DNA of 31,494 bases from positions 1 through 31,494 of the IMG/VR virus record IMGVR_UViG_3300042321_000182; one strand, written 5' to 3'. This stretch comes from a virus (lineage: Duplodnaviria > Caudoviricetes). Positions 1-8,475 of the stretch are shown here, piece after piece. A program made the translations under genes and the position numbers. Position 1 is the stretch's first letter. Every line of letters begins with the position of its first letter. The notes beneath the pieces are model-generated. The model was not told the origin of the DNA. It searched no databases and worked only from the letters and a program-made list of their open reading frames with translations.

Positions 1-348
1 GGTGTTGTCCTTTATCCTGACGGAACATACGCACGCAGGGTATTTGACTCACTAGAAAAAATGCAGGAAAGTGTGGGCGGACTTATTGAAATCATGCGTT
101 TGCCTAACGCAACTGCATACATAAATGAAGAAGGCAAGATACATGACCTTGACTTCAACAACAACGCAACGCTGCTATGCCTACTGGCTGGCAACATTAC
201 ATACTGGGACAATATCAAAGGCAACATGATTGTTGTTGGCACAGATGATGGCGAAGGCTACGACACAGACATCTCGGACTATTGGTTAACAACTATTGAA
301 ACCTTTTGGGAACCGAGAGAACTACATGAGTGGGAGAAAGCAGCATGA
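1..348 (+). CDS. DUF3846-like phage protein (5' truncated at window edge)
   Basis: Frame 1 is open from base 1 (GVVLYPDG...) into the listed 61..348 ORF; motif VGGLIE...INEEGK...N..AT...IKGNMIVVG resembles DUF3846. Confidence 0.65.
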   Translation, partial: GVVLYPDGTYARRVFDSLEKMQESVGGLIEIMRLPNATAYINEEGKIHDLDFNNNATLLCLLAGNITYWDNIKGNMIVVGTDDGEGYDTDISDYWLTTIETFWEPRELHEWEKAA

Positions 349-878
349 AACCTAACGAAGCAAGCAAGTACAATCCCCTGATTAAAGAAACCGCAAAGCC
401 ATCAAGACAGATGCGTAAGCGTAAGTTTAAACGCAGCACCCTGACCACCCGTGGAGTTAAGACGGTGGCAGCAACAGCGTTTGTGCTGGGCTTACTCATT
501 GGCTATCAAGCAGCACCAAGTACAGCCATCTCATCAGCCACCCCACCGCAGCCAGCGGTTGGGTTGGTTGCTTATCACACTAACGACTTCCAATTACATG
601 CAATCAATCTGCTAATGCAACGCAATCAAGTAGAACAATGGTCTTGTTTGTGGGCGTTATGGACTGCCGAAAGTAATTGGCGAAATAAAGCAGAGAACAA
701 ATCTAGTGGCGCATACGGTATCGCACAGTTTATGCCAGCCACATGGAAAAATGTTGGATACGAAAAGACATCTGACGGTTTCATCCAAGTCCGAGCAGGA
801 CTTGCTTACATTGACCACCGCTACGCAGGTTCCCCGTGCAAAGCATACGCACACTTCCTTGCCAAGCGGTGGTATTGA
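345..878 (+). CDS. Lytic transglycosylase (SLT/lysozyme-like) with N-terminal basic + hydrophobic anchor
   Basis: C-terminal QWSCLWALWTAESNW...A.N.SSGAYGIAQ...Q...GLAYI..RY.GSPC.A...WY is typical of actinobacterial SLT domains (catalytic E in AES); ATG at 345 overlaps the upstream TGA (ATGA). Confidence 0.85.
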   Translation: MKPNEASKYNPLIKETAKPSRQMRKRKFKRSTLTTRGVKTVAATAFVLGLLIGYQAAPSTAISSATPPQPAVGLVAYHTNDFQLHAINLLMQRNQVEQWSCLWALWTAESNWRNKAENKSSGAYGIAQFMPATWKNVGYEKTSDGFIQVRAGLAYIDHRYAGSPCKAYAHFLAKRWY

Positions 879-1225
879 TGTCGTTTAAACCACAACAGCA
901 TAGAGTCATAGGAGTCAGGCAAATTGGGGACATCACATACCATTACCTTTCGTACAACTCAACAGAGTTTGCGAAGGGTAATTGTGTGGGAATTGATACG
1001 GAATTATTTTTCCCTGAAAATGCTGAACTTACAGCAGAACAACATAACCTGTTTAAACGCATCTGTGGTGATTGTCCGGTGCAAGCCATGTGCTTGGAGT
1101 GGGCGTTATGCCATGAGCGAGAAGGGATTTGGGCTGGTACAAAACCACACGACAGGCGTTTAATTCGTGAGAAGGCACGCATAGGCTTGTCTGACCCAGC
1201 CCTTGCAAGCAAGTTTATTGTCTGA
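878..1225 (+). CDS. whiB: WhiB-family Fe-S transcriptional regulator
   Basis: C-x26-CxxC-x5-C pattern (GNC..IDTELFFP...ICGDCPVQAMCLEWAL) plus a GIWAG turn motif and RR tail; ATG at 878 overlaps the upstream TGA. Confidence 0.9.
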   Translation: MSFKPQQHRVIGVRQIGDITYHYLSYNSTEFAKGNCVGIDTELFFPENAELTAEQHNLFKRICGDCPVQAMCLEWALCHEREGIWAGTKPHDRRLIREKARIGLSDPALASKFIV

Positions 1226-1237
1226 TACGCTACATCT

Positions 1238-1282
1238 GAACAACACCCAATGGTTCCAGTCCCAGCGGGTGTTGTTCCTTTT
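1238..1282. terminator. Hairpin between convergent whiB and dNMP kinase genes
   Basis: Perfect 11-bp inverted repeat GAACAACACCC (1238-1248) / GGGTGTTGTTC (1267-1277) followed by CTTTT. Confidence 0.65.
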
Positions 1283-1820
1283 ATAGCCCTAGTTCTTTAG
1301 CAAGCATAAAGACTTCATCACTTAAATCATCAAGAGTTCCATCATTATAGATTACATGTTTAAACAAATGATTATCCATTGCATGCTCTGAGATGTGATG
1401 ATTAACTGGTGCGTGGTTATGACGATTGATACGCCATACATCACCACCTTTATTCTGAATAGCCTTGGCTTCATTAGGAAAACGCACATCAGAAAATACT
1501 ACTCGCTGGTATTCGGCTGCTCGTTTAAACGCTTGGTCAATCCAAAATGTTTCACCAAATAATTCACGACCAACATCAGTTCCAAATACTTGCAGCAATC
1601 TACGGACTTCTGCATTGCCCTTGGCTACATCCCAACCATACTCATCAACTAAATCTGCAACACGATTACCACTTTCAAGAAAAGGGTTCAATGTATAGAC
1701 AGCATCACGCATAGGTAGCGCAAATGAAATGCGCTTGAACCCATAGTTTAAACACAACAGTTCTGCAACTGTATCTTTACCTGATTGGGCGTAGCCCGAT
1801 AGTCCGATTATCATTGCCAT
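1281..1820 (-). CDS. Deoxynucleoside monophosphate kinase
   Basis: IIGLSGYAQSGKDT P-loop, SFA.P, R.LLQ.FGT..GR, FWI, SDVRFPNE, HISE motifs of the T4 gp1-like dNMP kinase family. Confidence 0.9.
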   Translation of the reverse strand: MAMIIGLSGYAQSGKDTVAELLCLNYGFKRISFALPMRDAVYTLNPFLESGNRVADLVDEYGWDVAKGNAEVRRLLQVFGTDVGRELFGETFWIDQAFKRAAEYQRVVFSDVRFPNEAKAIQNKGGDVWRINRHNHAPVNHHISEHAMDNHLFKHVIYNDGTLDDLSDEVFMLAKELGL

Positions 1821-2008
1821 CTCACTTTCGGATAGAGAGTTATGTGAATAAAGAATACAAGAAAATCTAAATGTAAACAGCGAGCAAGCACCCTTGCATC
1901 ATTGGTTCCGTCTATAAATTCTACAACTGGGTAGAAATCAAAGCCCACTCCAAAAGCATGTATGCTGTTTAAACGCACATTGATAGTCAGTCTGCCAAAG
2001 TCTTTCAC
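1811..2008 (-). CDS. Hypothetical protein (65 aa)
   Basis: Fills the gap with overlaps to both neighbours (GTGA-type coupling); no recognisable motif. Confidence 0.55.
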   Translation of the reverse strand: MKDFGRLTINVRLNSIHAFGVGFDFYPVVEFIDGTNDARVLARCLHLDFLVFFIHITLYPKVRWQ

Positions 2009-2691
2009 TCTTGCCTCTGTGTTTCTGCTCTTGCCTGAGCGTTTGACCTGACTATTCTCCTACGGTTTGACCAAATAGGTGGCTCTCCACCCAGTCTATC
2101 TTGAAGTTTCTTGATAGCCCTATGCACCCGCTTACGCAATGCTTCCTCGGTCATCTCATACACAACGGCTAACACATCAAAGTCCATGCCACCATTAGCG
2201 TATCGTTGCCGGAGAAGGTTCTTATCTTGCTCGTTTAAACCACGCAATCCATTGGCTACATCCGATAGCAAAGCAATCCTACTGTTACCTTCGTTAACCT
2301 TAGATGTCTTACTGACGAACTCACTACTCAAATCAGGCGTATCCAACCAGCCTTCATAGTCCCATACATCTCGTAATAATTGATGCAAGATTTCAGGTGT
2401 GTAATAAAAGTAATCACTTGTAGATACACGGGACTTGTAAGCACGCTCTTTCGTAACAAACTTCTGCGCTTCATTAGCATAGGTGCGGCGCAGTTTAAAC
2501 GCTAAAGATTGTTGTTCGTTCCACTCATCAATCTTGTGCCAATGGGATAAAGCCCAAACAATTAGATGTTGAAAGATGTCCTCAACAGGCACAGCATTAC
2601 GGTTTATCTTGGCTGAGTACCTTGATGCGGTGCGTGCCAACTTGTAAACCGTATCCCACAATGGGGACTTCTCAACATCCTGCAATTCCAC
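2005..2691 (-). CDS. RNA polymerase sigma-70-like factor (region 4 HTH)
   Basis: C-terminal L..L.EQDKNLLRQRY..GMDFDVLAVVYEMTEEALRKRVHRAIKKL matches sigma region 4; N-terminal EDIFQ is region 2-like; GTG start with AAGGAG RBS. Confidence 0.7.
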   Translation of the reverse strand: MELQDVEKSPLWDTVYKLARTASRYSAKINRNAVPVEDIFQHLIVWALSHWHKIDEWNEQQSLAFKLRRTYANEAQKFVTKERAYKSRVSTSDYFYYTPEILHQLLRDVWDYEGWLDTPDLSSEFVSKTSKVNEGNSRIALLSDVANGLRGLNEQDKNLLRQRYANGGMDFDVLAVVYEMTEEALRKRVHRAIKKLQDRLGGEPPIWSNRRRIVRSNAQARAETQRQE

Positions 2692-2693
2692 AC

Positions 2694-3161
2694 TTACTCC
2701 TTTATTATTAAATCAATCCAGTACTGTTTAAACATCATAGCACTAACTCTGACCACAAGGTCACGCTCGTTTGTGTCGTGGCGAACATTAAACTCAGGCA
2801 TCAATCCACCTAGTTCTTTAACTGGTATCAATAAAGTTCCGTCAGTAAATCTAAAACAAATGCGGTGAAAGGTATCAGGATTGTCTAGGTATGGCGGGCT
2901 AATCAGCATCTGTTGCAACTTATTAAATGGAAAGATTGCTGACTTACTGCTATCTATGGACAGCCACTTAATTTCTATGTCGCCTAAATAATTTTCTCTA
3001 CCGTTATCATGCAACCAAGTTAAATGGAAGTCAGTAAAGTAAAACCTAGGCGTAGGATAAAAGCGCCAGTTTGGATAGAGCCTAGATAAAGCGTGAACGG
3101 CAGCAGTTTCCCGTCTGCCGTCACCGCCCACCTGACGGATAGGTTCCAAAAAATCAGGCAT
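2694..3161 (-). CDS. Hypothetical protein, possible PD-(D/E)XK nuclease fold
   Basis: E...A / TDF / IEIK arrangement resembles restriction-endonuclease-like motifs; overlaps upstream gene. Confidence 0.5.
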   Translation of the reverse strand: MPDFLEPIRQVGGDGRRETAAVHALSRLYPNWRFYPTPRFYFTDFHLTWLHDNGRENYLGDIEIKWLSIDSSKSAIFPFNKLQQMLISPPYLDNPDTFHRICFRFTDGTLLIPVKELGGLMPEFNVRHDTNERDLVVRVSAMMFKQYWIDLIIKE

Positions 3162-3909
3162 AGTGTTTGTTATTAACTATGAATTGACCCTTGTGTAGAT
3201 ACACAGGAGTAGGAAATACTTGACGGTCTTTAACTGTTAATAAACCAAAGCCTTGTTGCCAGTTAGCAGAGCCACCCACATAATGGGCAGCGTTTAAACG
3301 CATCATGTTTCCTACTTCAAAACCATACAACTGTTCAGTAACTTTTCCATTAAGTGATGTAGTAAACGCTTGTAAACCCAAACGGTGCGTGTGTCCACAG
3401 ACGACACTTTTGCCATAGCGTTTTGCTAAATTCATTGCAGTTCCGCCCGCAATACGACTCATAGCACCTTCATCCCCATGGGCTAGTATCCAATTTGGCG
3501 CTAGTTCTACCGGCTTACGGTGCAATGTAATGTTTAAACGGTCAAGGTCAAGCATTTCCTCTATGGTTAAACTACTAAGACTACGAAGTGCTGGTGCAAA
3601 TTGCGACACATACTTCTCAACTCTTATGTCGTGGTTGCCAGTCTTAAAATGAATAGGTCTGCGACCCATAATGTGGCGTAGGTCTGCTAATAAATCTGTT
3701 GCTTCATTAACCGAACCTTGTAAAGTTTTTGCATACTCACCAGCATTACCCCTTGACCAACGGCTAGGTTCAGGTTGGTCAATCCAATCTCCCACTATCC
3801 ACAGTTCATTAGGTTTGTAATCCCAAATGAAATCGTGGAGTAAAGCGACTGCTTTTCTATCTTGAAACGGTACTTGATAGTCACTCAGTACCACGATTTT
3901 TTTAATCAT
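3154..3909 (-). CDS. Calcineurin-like metallophosphoesterase
   Basis: All five motifs present: SDYQ, GDWID, GNHD, HGD, GHTH. Confidence 0.9.
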   Translation of the reverse strand: MIKKIVVLSDYQVPFQDRKAVALLHDFIWDYKPNELWIVGDWIDQPEPSRWSRGNAGEYAKTLQGSVNEATDLLADLRHIMGRRPIHFKTGNHDIRVEKYVSQFAPALRSLSSLTIEEMLDLDRLNITLHRKPVELAPNWILAHGDEGAMSRIAGGTAMNLAKRYGKSVVCGHTHRLGLQAFTTSLNGKVTEQLYGFEVGNMMRLNAAHYVGGSANWQQGFGLLTVKDRQVFPTPVYLHKGQFIVNNKHYA

Positions 3910-3913
3910 GTGT

Positions 3914-4528
3914 TTAAACTCCTGCTCGTTTTCGTAGCCCGTCAGCGCCCTCAGTTAAGAACACATCATTTACATCACACCCCTCAGGCATGAACACGGG
4001 AAATACATTGTCTAGTTCACGGGATAAACTCTTTGCCATCTCACGACCAGCATTATCACCATCACAAAACAATAAAATCTTTGACCAATCTGCTAACACT
4101 CTGCCATAAAATGGTTTCCAATTATTAGCCCCCGGAAGTCCGACAGCACTAAAGCCTGCTTGTGTAGCAATCATTGTGTCTATCTCACCTTCACATACAA
4201 CTAATAAATCACTCTCTTGGAATAGAGCAGCAATGTTGTAGATGTGTGTACTAGCCCCCGGTCTTGATAAATACTTCGGTCCATCACCGTTTAAACTACG
4301 GAAGCGGATGTCCACAACTCCTGTTGGAGTTAGATAAGGTATTGATAATTTATTAGAGTATGGTTCGTGACCAATCTCAGGTTCACTTACGAAGCCTAGG
4401 CGGAACATACGCGCCGTCTGTTCGGTGATACCTCTCTGACTCAGGTAAGGCATCACTTGTTCTAGGTTTTCCGCGTACTTCTGACTCGCTGACTCCAGTA
4501 ATTCTCTCTGCGATTTTGATAGCCTCAC
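3914..4528 (-). CDS. DNA primase, catalytic/TOPRIM part
   Basis: YL..RGI, IPY, PKYLS, VCEGEID, GLPGA, DGDNAG, DVND motifs; likely GTG start at 4528, 9 nt after AAGGAG. Confidence 0.85.
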   Translation of the reverse strand: MRLSKSQRELLESASQKYAENLEQVMPYLSQRGITEQTARMFRLGFVSEPEIGHEPYSNKLSIPYLTPTGVVDIRFRSLNGDGPKYLSRPGASTHIYNIAALFQESDLLVVCEGEIDTMIATQAGFSAVGLPGANNWKPFYGRVLADWSKILLFCDGDNAGREMAKSLSRELDNVFPVFMPEGCDVNDVFLTEGADGLRKRAGV

Positions 4529-4760
4529 GAAATACAACTCCTTCTTTTTTCATTATGATTGAGTACACATCCCCAGCCATGTCGCAGCCAAAGCATCTGA
4601 ACCCACCGTTGTCTATGTTTAAACGCGCTGACTTAACTCTATCACCATGGAAGGCGCACCGCACCGTAATCCACCCATGTCGTACAGGTATTTGAAACCC
4701 GTAATGTTCCAGTACAGGTACTATGTCGTGCTTTTTATCAGAGTTTTGCAAGGGCATCAC
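4383..4760 (-). CDS. DNA primase, CHC2 zinc-binding part
   Basis: CAFHGD..SA......FRCFGC..GDVY..I...EG..F.EA is a DnaG-type CHC2 zinc finger. Confidence 0.85.
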   Translation of the reverse strand: MMPLQNSDKKHDIVPVLEHYGFQIPVRHGWITVRCAFHGDRVKSARLNIDNGGFRCFGCDMAGDVYSIIMKKEGVVFREAIKIAERITGVSESEVRGKPRTSDALPESERYHRTDGAYVPPRLRK

Positions 4761-5097
4761 TTAGTTTCTGTACCACATAAGCATCTCCAATACCCTTATT
4801 TGCAGCCTTTATGATGACCAATGGGTTGGGTGCTAACGCCAACTTCTTGGCAATCCGATAGTTCTCTGCCTCAATGTAGGCTTCTCGTAGCCACCCACTT
4901 AGGTCAATACGCCCATCCCGCCTTGGGGCTTTGGCTTCAACAACATAGAAGTCATTTGCCGTAGGCAAGAACACATCCCCTATGTCGTTTCTACCAGCAC
5001 GGGGTAAACGCTGTGCGTTTAAACCCTGAGTCATAAACCAGTCGGCTAGTTCTATTTCAAAGGCTGCGCCTCTACGCTTGTTCGCTTGGTTGTTCAT
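4738..5097 (-). CDS. Holliday-junction resolvase-like PD-(D/E)XK endonuclease
   Basis: NKRRGAAFE...DIGDV...VVEAK motif of Hjc-like phage resolvases; start taken at MNNQ (5097). Confidence 0.75.
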   Translation of the reverse strand: MNNQANKRRGAAFEIELADWFMTQGLNAQRLPRAGRNDIGDVFLPTANDFYVVEAKAPRRDGRIDLSGWLREAYIEAENYRIAKKLALAPNPLVIIKAANKGIGDAYVVQKLSDALAKL

Positions 5098-5818
5098 TTG
5101 CTTTTGCCTTTCTTGCTTCGGCTTCATAGACAGAACCCCAATACAACTTGTAATAATTTTCATCTAAACTAAAACGCTTCATGTGTTTAACGCGAGCGCC
5201 AGTATGAGCATGAACAGGTACACCTGCTTTCTTTAAGTATCTAAAGAACACAATGTCCTCACTTACAAACTGATTGTTTAAACCTTCCTTCTCTGCAAAC
5301 AAAGAATAGTCAGGACAAACTTCTCGTAATCTAGGAACAACACTCTTATGCATTAAGGCTAATCCCATGCCAGCACAATCAACTTTAATGATTTCATTTT
5401 CAGGCAAAGGATGTATGTAGTTAATAGTAAACTCATTACCAGTTTCATTAAAGACACATGGCATAGGTTGCATCAATGCTTGTTCATTTTCTTTTGAGAT
5501 AAAGTAAACACCAGTAACAACTGGGCGTGTTAACTTATCTGCTGTATCCCATAATTTCTTTAACACATCTTGATTAAGCACAATGTCTGAGTCAACCCAT
5601 AACAACCAATCGGTCTTTACTTGGTCAGCCCATAGGTCAAATAGACTTTGGCGTTGCCTGCCAATCTGATTACCTTGAACTCGGATAGCATTATGCACTT
5701 GTATGTTCTTAGGGTCTTGACCCATAATAATTGTGTAAACAAGTCCTTCGGTAAACTTACCGTCAGACATACCATTATCACACCAACCAATAGATAATGT
5801 TTCATTTTTACTGTGCAT
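5072..5818 (-). CDS. Glycosyltransferase (GT-A/GT2-like)
   Basis: DWLLWVDSD (DxD), VVTGVYF, AGMGLALMH, SEDIVF, H.K motifs; start taken at MHSK (5818). Confidence 0.75.
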   Translation of the reverse strand: MHSKNETLSIGWCDNGMSDGKFTEGLVYTIIMGQDPKNIQVHNAIRVQGNQIGRQRQSLFDLWADQVKTDWLLWVDSDIVLNQDVLKKLWDTADKLTRPVVTGVYFISKENEQALMQPMPCVFNETGNEFTINYIHPLPENEIIKVDCAGMGLALMHKSVVPRLREVCPDYSLFAEKEGLNNQFVSEDIVFFRYLKKAGVPVHAHTGARVKHMKRFSLDENYYKLYWGSVYEAEARKAKANEQPSEQA

Positions 5819-6239
5819 CTTTATCCTCAATCCCAATAATTATTTCATCAAAGTCAAACATCTCTGCTTTAATTTTTAAATCATCTAACATAGTCATAGC
5901 ATTTTCTGCCATGGCTTTCCAAATACAAGACATAGTATGTAATCCAACGGCTATCTCCATCTTGCAACCATCATCATGCCCATCAATAACCGCATCTCTT
6001 AGGTGTTCTGATAGTTGGTCAACATAATCTGCGTATTGAATAGACTCAAACCAAATCTTTTGTGGGTCATAAATTCTGCGAGTTGCTTCATCTAAACTAT
6101 CCGCAATCATTGGTAGTTGGGTAGAAATCTTTTCACGCATTTCATCAGAGATAGGTGCATTATCAATCATCTGCCTTAACAACTCTTGTGAAACTTTTAA
6201 CTTAGGTGCAAACTTATCGTTTAAACTTTCCTCGCTCAT
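5808..6239 (-). CDS. Hypothetical acidic protein
   Basis: 143-aa ORF coupled to neighbours; no motif recognised. Confidence 0.65.
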   Translation of the reverse strand: MSEESLNDKFAPKLKVSQELLRQMIDNAPISDEMREKISTQLPMIADSLDEATRRIYDPQKIWFESIQYADYVDQLSEHLRDAVIDGHDDGCKMEIAVGLHTMSCIWKAMAENAMTMLDDLKIKAEMFDFDEIIIGIEDKDAQ

Positions 6240-7045
6240 AACAGTTGCGGTTGTCCTATCTGTACTTGATGCTGTTGTAGGTCTGAAATCTGCATGCTTG
6301 CTGGTTCATAAGATAACCAAATAGGTGTACCACCAGTAGCATCTGCTGGACCATAACGATTTTTAACTGCACACACACCCATCACACCTTGTTGGCTGTG
6401 TACTGTAAGTATCAAACTTGGAGTCTGCGCTACCTTGCCATGCAAAGAGTGTCGTGGTGGACAAGGATTACCTTGTACACCTTCGCTTGTATGGTGGCAC
6501 ACAACAACGGCTGCGCCAGTTTCTCTAGCCCACCATTTAAGTTCACGCATCAATGTACGCAAACCACCCCACTCATCTTGACCTTCAAGGGTTACATCAA
6601 CAGCATTATCAAGGATGATTAAACGAACATCATCACCAAGCCTTTCACGGGCTGCAAGTACTGAGTCCTCAATGTCTTTTAAACTTGGTGCGCTATCAAA
6701 TTCCCACATCACATGGTCGGCAGGCTTTAACATTTGTGCTGCCCAATCTCTATCGTTTTCCATTAAAGGTTCAACTTCACCTTGTGGTTTACCCGTAAGC
6801 ATTGCAAGCATACGAAGGGACATGGTGTGTGAGTGCGTGTCCGCCGAGATGTACAGGGTAGGTACTTTTGCTTGCACGGCTAACGATAAAGCCAAAGTAC
6901 TTTTACCTGCCCCCGGCGGACCAGCAATCATTGATACTTCACCGTGTCTAAACATTATCTGTTGTGATGCTAAGGACTGCCACACGGCAGGGATTGTTGC
7001 CCCGCCCTGTGAAGCAGTCTTTATGGCACGGCTAAGTAATCTCAT
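6236..7045 (-). CDS. DnaB/RecA-fold replicative helicase (C-terminal ATPase domain only)
   Basis: Walker A GPPGAGKS, YISAD, Walker B LIILD, VVVCHH, VKNRYGP arginine-finger motif. Confidence 0.85.
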   Translation of the reverse strand: MRLLSRAIKTASQGGATIPAVWQSLASQQIMFRHGEVSMIAGPPGAGKSTLALSLAVQAKVPTLYISADTHSHTMSLRMLAMLTGKPQGEVEPLMENDRDWAAQMLKPADHVMWEFDSAPSLKDIEDSVLAARERLGDDVRLIILDNAVDVTLEGQDEWGGLRTLMRELKWWARETGAAVVVCHHTSEGVQGNPCPPRHSLHGKVAQTPSLILTVHSQQGVMGVCAVKNRYGPADATGGTPIWLSYEPASMQISDLQQHQVQIGQPQLL

Positions 7046-7047
7046 TG

Positions 7048-7497
7048 TTAGCCAGCGACCTTCTTATTGCATGCTTGTTCCCTAGGTTTAGGACATGCAT
7101 AGAACGCCTTGTATGGCTTACCTGCCTTACTAATACCAGCAGGTACAAAACGCATAGCCATACCACAATCGCAACCTGCTGCATTTTGTGCTGGCTGTGT
7201 ACTTTGTTGACCAATAGTATTTGGTCCCCATGTATCAATAGGATTTGGTGCTGGTGGTGCTACAACCTGTGGATTAAATCCAGCATTTTGTAGAGTTTGA
7301 ATTGCTTGTGCAGCAGGGTTGTTGTTAAGTTTGTGTAACTCATCAACCGTGTTTTCTAGTTGTAAAATGCGTTGCATACGCACTTCCAATCCATCAAGGA
7401 TTGTGTCTAACTGTTGCTCATCCCATGCTCTGAGATTGAGTAGTGAACCTTTTGGTGTCTTTAAGTTCACTTGGTATGGTGCTTCATTACTCATCAC
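7048..7497 (-). CDS. Hypothetical protein with Q/P/A-rich linker and C-terminal Zn-binding motif
   Basis: CDCG.AM...G.SKAGKPYKAFYACP.....C resembles a GRF-type Zn ribbon; lies between nuclease and helicase. Confidence 0.65.
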   Translation of the reverse strand: MMSNEAPYQVNLKTPKGSLLNLRAWDEQQLDTILDGLEVRMQRILQLENTVDELHKLNNNPAAQAIQTLQNAGFNPQVVAPPAPNPIDTWGPNTIGQQSTQPAQNAAGCDCGMAMRFVPAGISKAGKPYKAFYACPKPREQACNKKVAG

Positions 7498-8332
7498 TTG
7501 TTTCTCCTTCTGTTAGTTCGGGGTATTTGTGTGAGTCCTTGCCGTTTACGACATAGCATGCAGCGTTTACACCGCATGTACCGCACATAAATCCGGGTGC
7601 TGGTATGTAGATGTCGTTCATTACTGCCTTCTCAAAGTTTTTAACCCATGAGCCTAGGCGTGCTTCTGTGAAATTATCTAGGTTTACCGTTTCCGTCAGT
7701 TCACCTGTGCGGGACATCCAATAAGCACCACCAACTGGGCGCACACCAAATGTTTTCTCTACCATAATTGAATAGATACCCATTTGAGTTTTGCTTGCTG
7801 GTTCTCTGCTTCCTGTTTTGATGTCCACAATAATTAGTTCCCCATCAGGATTAACAAACAAGCGGTCAAGGACTGCCTTTACTGGCACTCCACGAACATC
7901 TTGGTTCATCTCAATCTCAATGGCAGGGCGACCATCAGGTAGTTTAAACAGTTGATAACCTGAGTCATTGCGGAACTGTACCCAGCGGTCAACCATTTTA
8001 GGTCCTTCGGTTAACCACCAAGTTGCATCCTCACCATTTGGATACGCTTTAGTAGAGCGCCCACCAGCACGGAACTGCATGCCGTTGTCGCTTCTTTCAT
8101 AGTTGCGTTTCCATGCTTCGTTAAAAGCAATGGTTGAGTTAAAGTTCTCCGTACCCGTGGCATCATAAACTTCTGTTGCTTCGTGTACAGACGAACCACC
8201 TACTAACCAGTAGGATGGGTTCTCAGGAACTTTTTGTATTCGGGATAGATAGAATTGCCACCCGCAGTTTAGCCAAGTTGAAATACCACTATGGCTAACA
8301 TAGGATTTCCCTGTCTTTATTTCTAGGGTCAA
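7487..8332 (-). CDS. RecB/Cas4-like PD-(D/E)XK exonuclease with Fe-S cysteines
   Basis: SHS.I.TW..C, GSSVH, LDRL, IVDIKTG, Q...Y, CGTC.....C; TTG start after an AGAAAGGA RBS. Confidence 0.85.
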   Translation of the reverse strand: MTLEIKTGKSYVSHSGISTWLNCGWQFYLSRIQKVPENPSYWLVGGSSVHEATEVYDATGTENFNSTIAFNEAWKRNYERSDNGMQFRAGGRSTKAYPNGEDATWWLTEGPKMVDRWVQFRNDSGYQLFKLPDGRPAIEIEMNQDVRGVPVKAVLDRLFVNPDGELIIVDIKTGSREPASKTQMGIYSIMVEKTFGVRPVGGAYWMSRTGELTETVNLDNFTEARLGSWVKNFEKAVMNDIYIPAPGFMCGTCGVNAACYVVNGKDSHKYPELTEGETSDE

Positions 8333-8475
8333 TTATCCAGTCCTTTCTATGTGTAGTTGATTTCTCCGCTAGGATACAGGTGCAATCTCTCTCCTATTCG
8401 GCGACACGCCGTGTCGGTACAAGCAAAATTACACAAATGTAATTAGACTGCTGTTCGTGCAGCGTAAGGATAAGT
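8333..8475. promoter_or_regulatory. Divergent promoter region with palindromic operators
   Basis: Non-coding gap between divergent genes; CGACACG-C-CGTGTCG (8402-8416); AATTACA-caaa-TGTAATT (8427-8444); -10-like TAGACT (+, 8444-8449) and TATCCT (-, 8376-8371). Confidence 0.65.

Noticed and set aside
2694-3161. Putative nuclease as a restriction enzyme recognising GTTTAAAC
   Set aside because: Only a weak PD-(D/E)XK-like pattern, no methylase in the window and nothing linking it to the motif
425-6226. GTTTAAAC array as a CRISPR array
   Set aside because: The repeat is only 8-10 bp, spacing is 165-940 bp, and the intervening DNA is intact coding sequence
7487-8332. Cas4-like nuclease as evidence of a CRISPR-Cas locus
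   Set aside because: No other cas genes or array; solo RecB/Cas4-like nucleases are routine in actinophage replication modules
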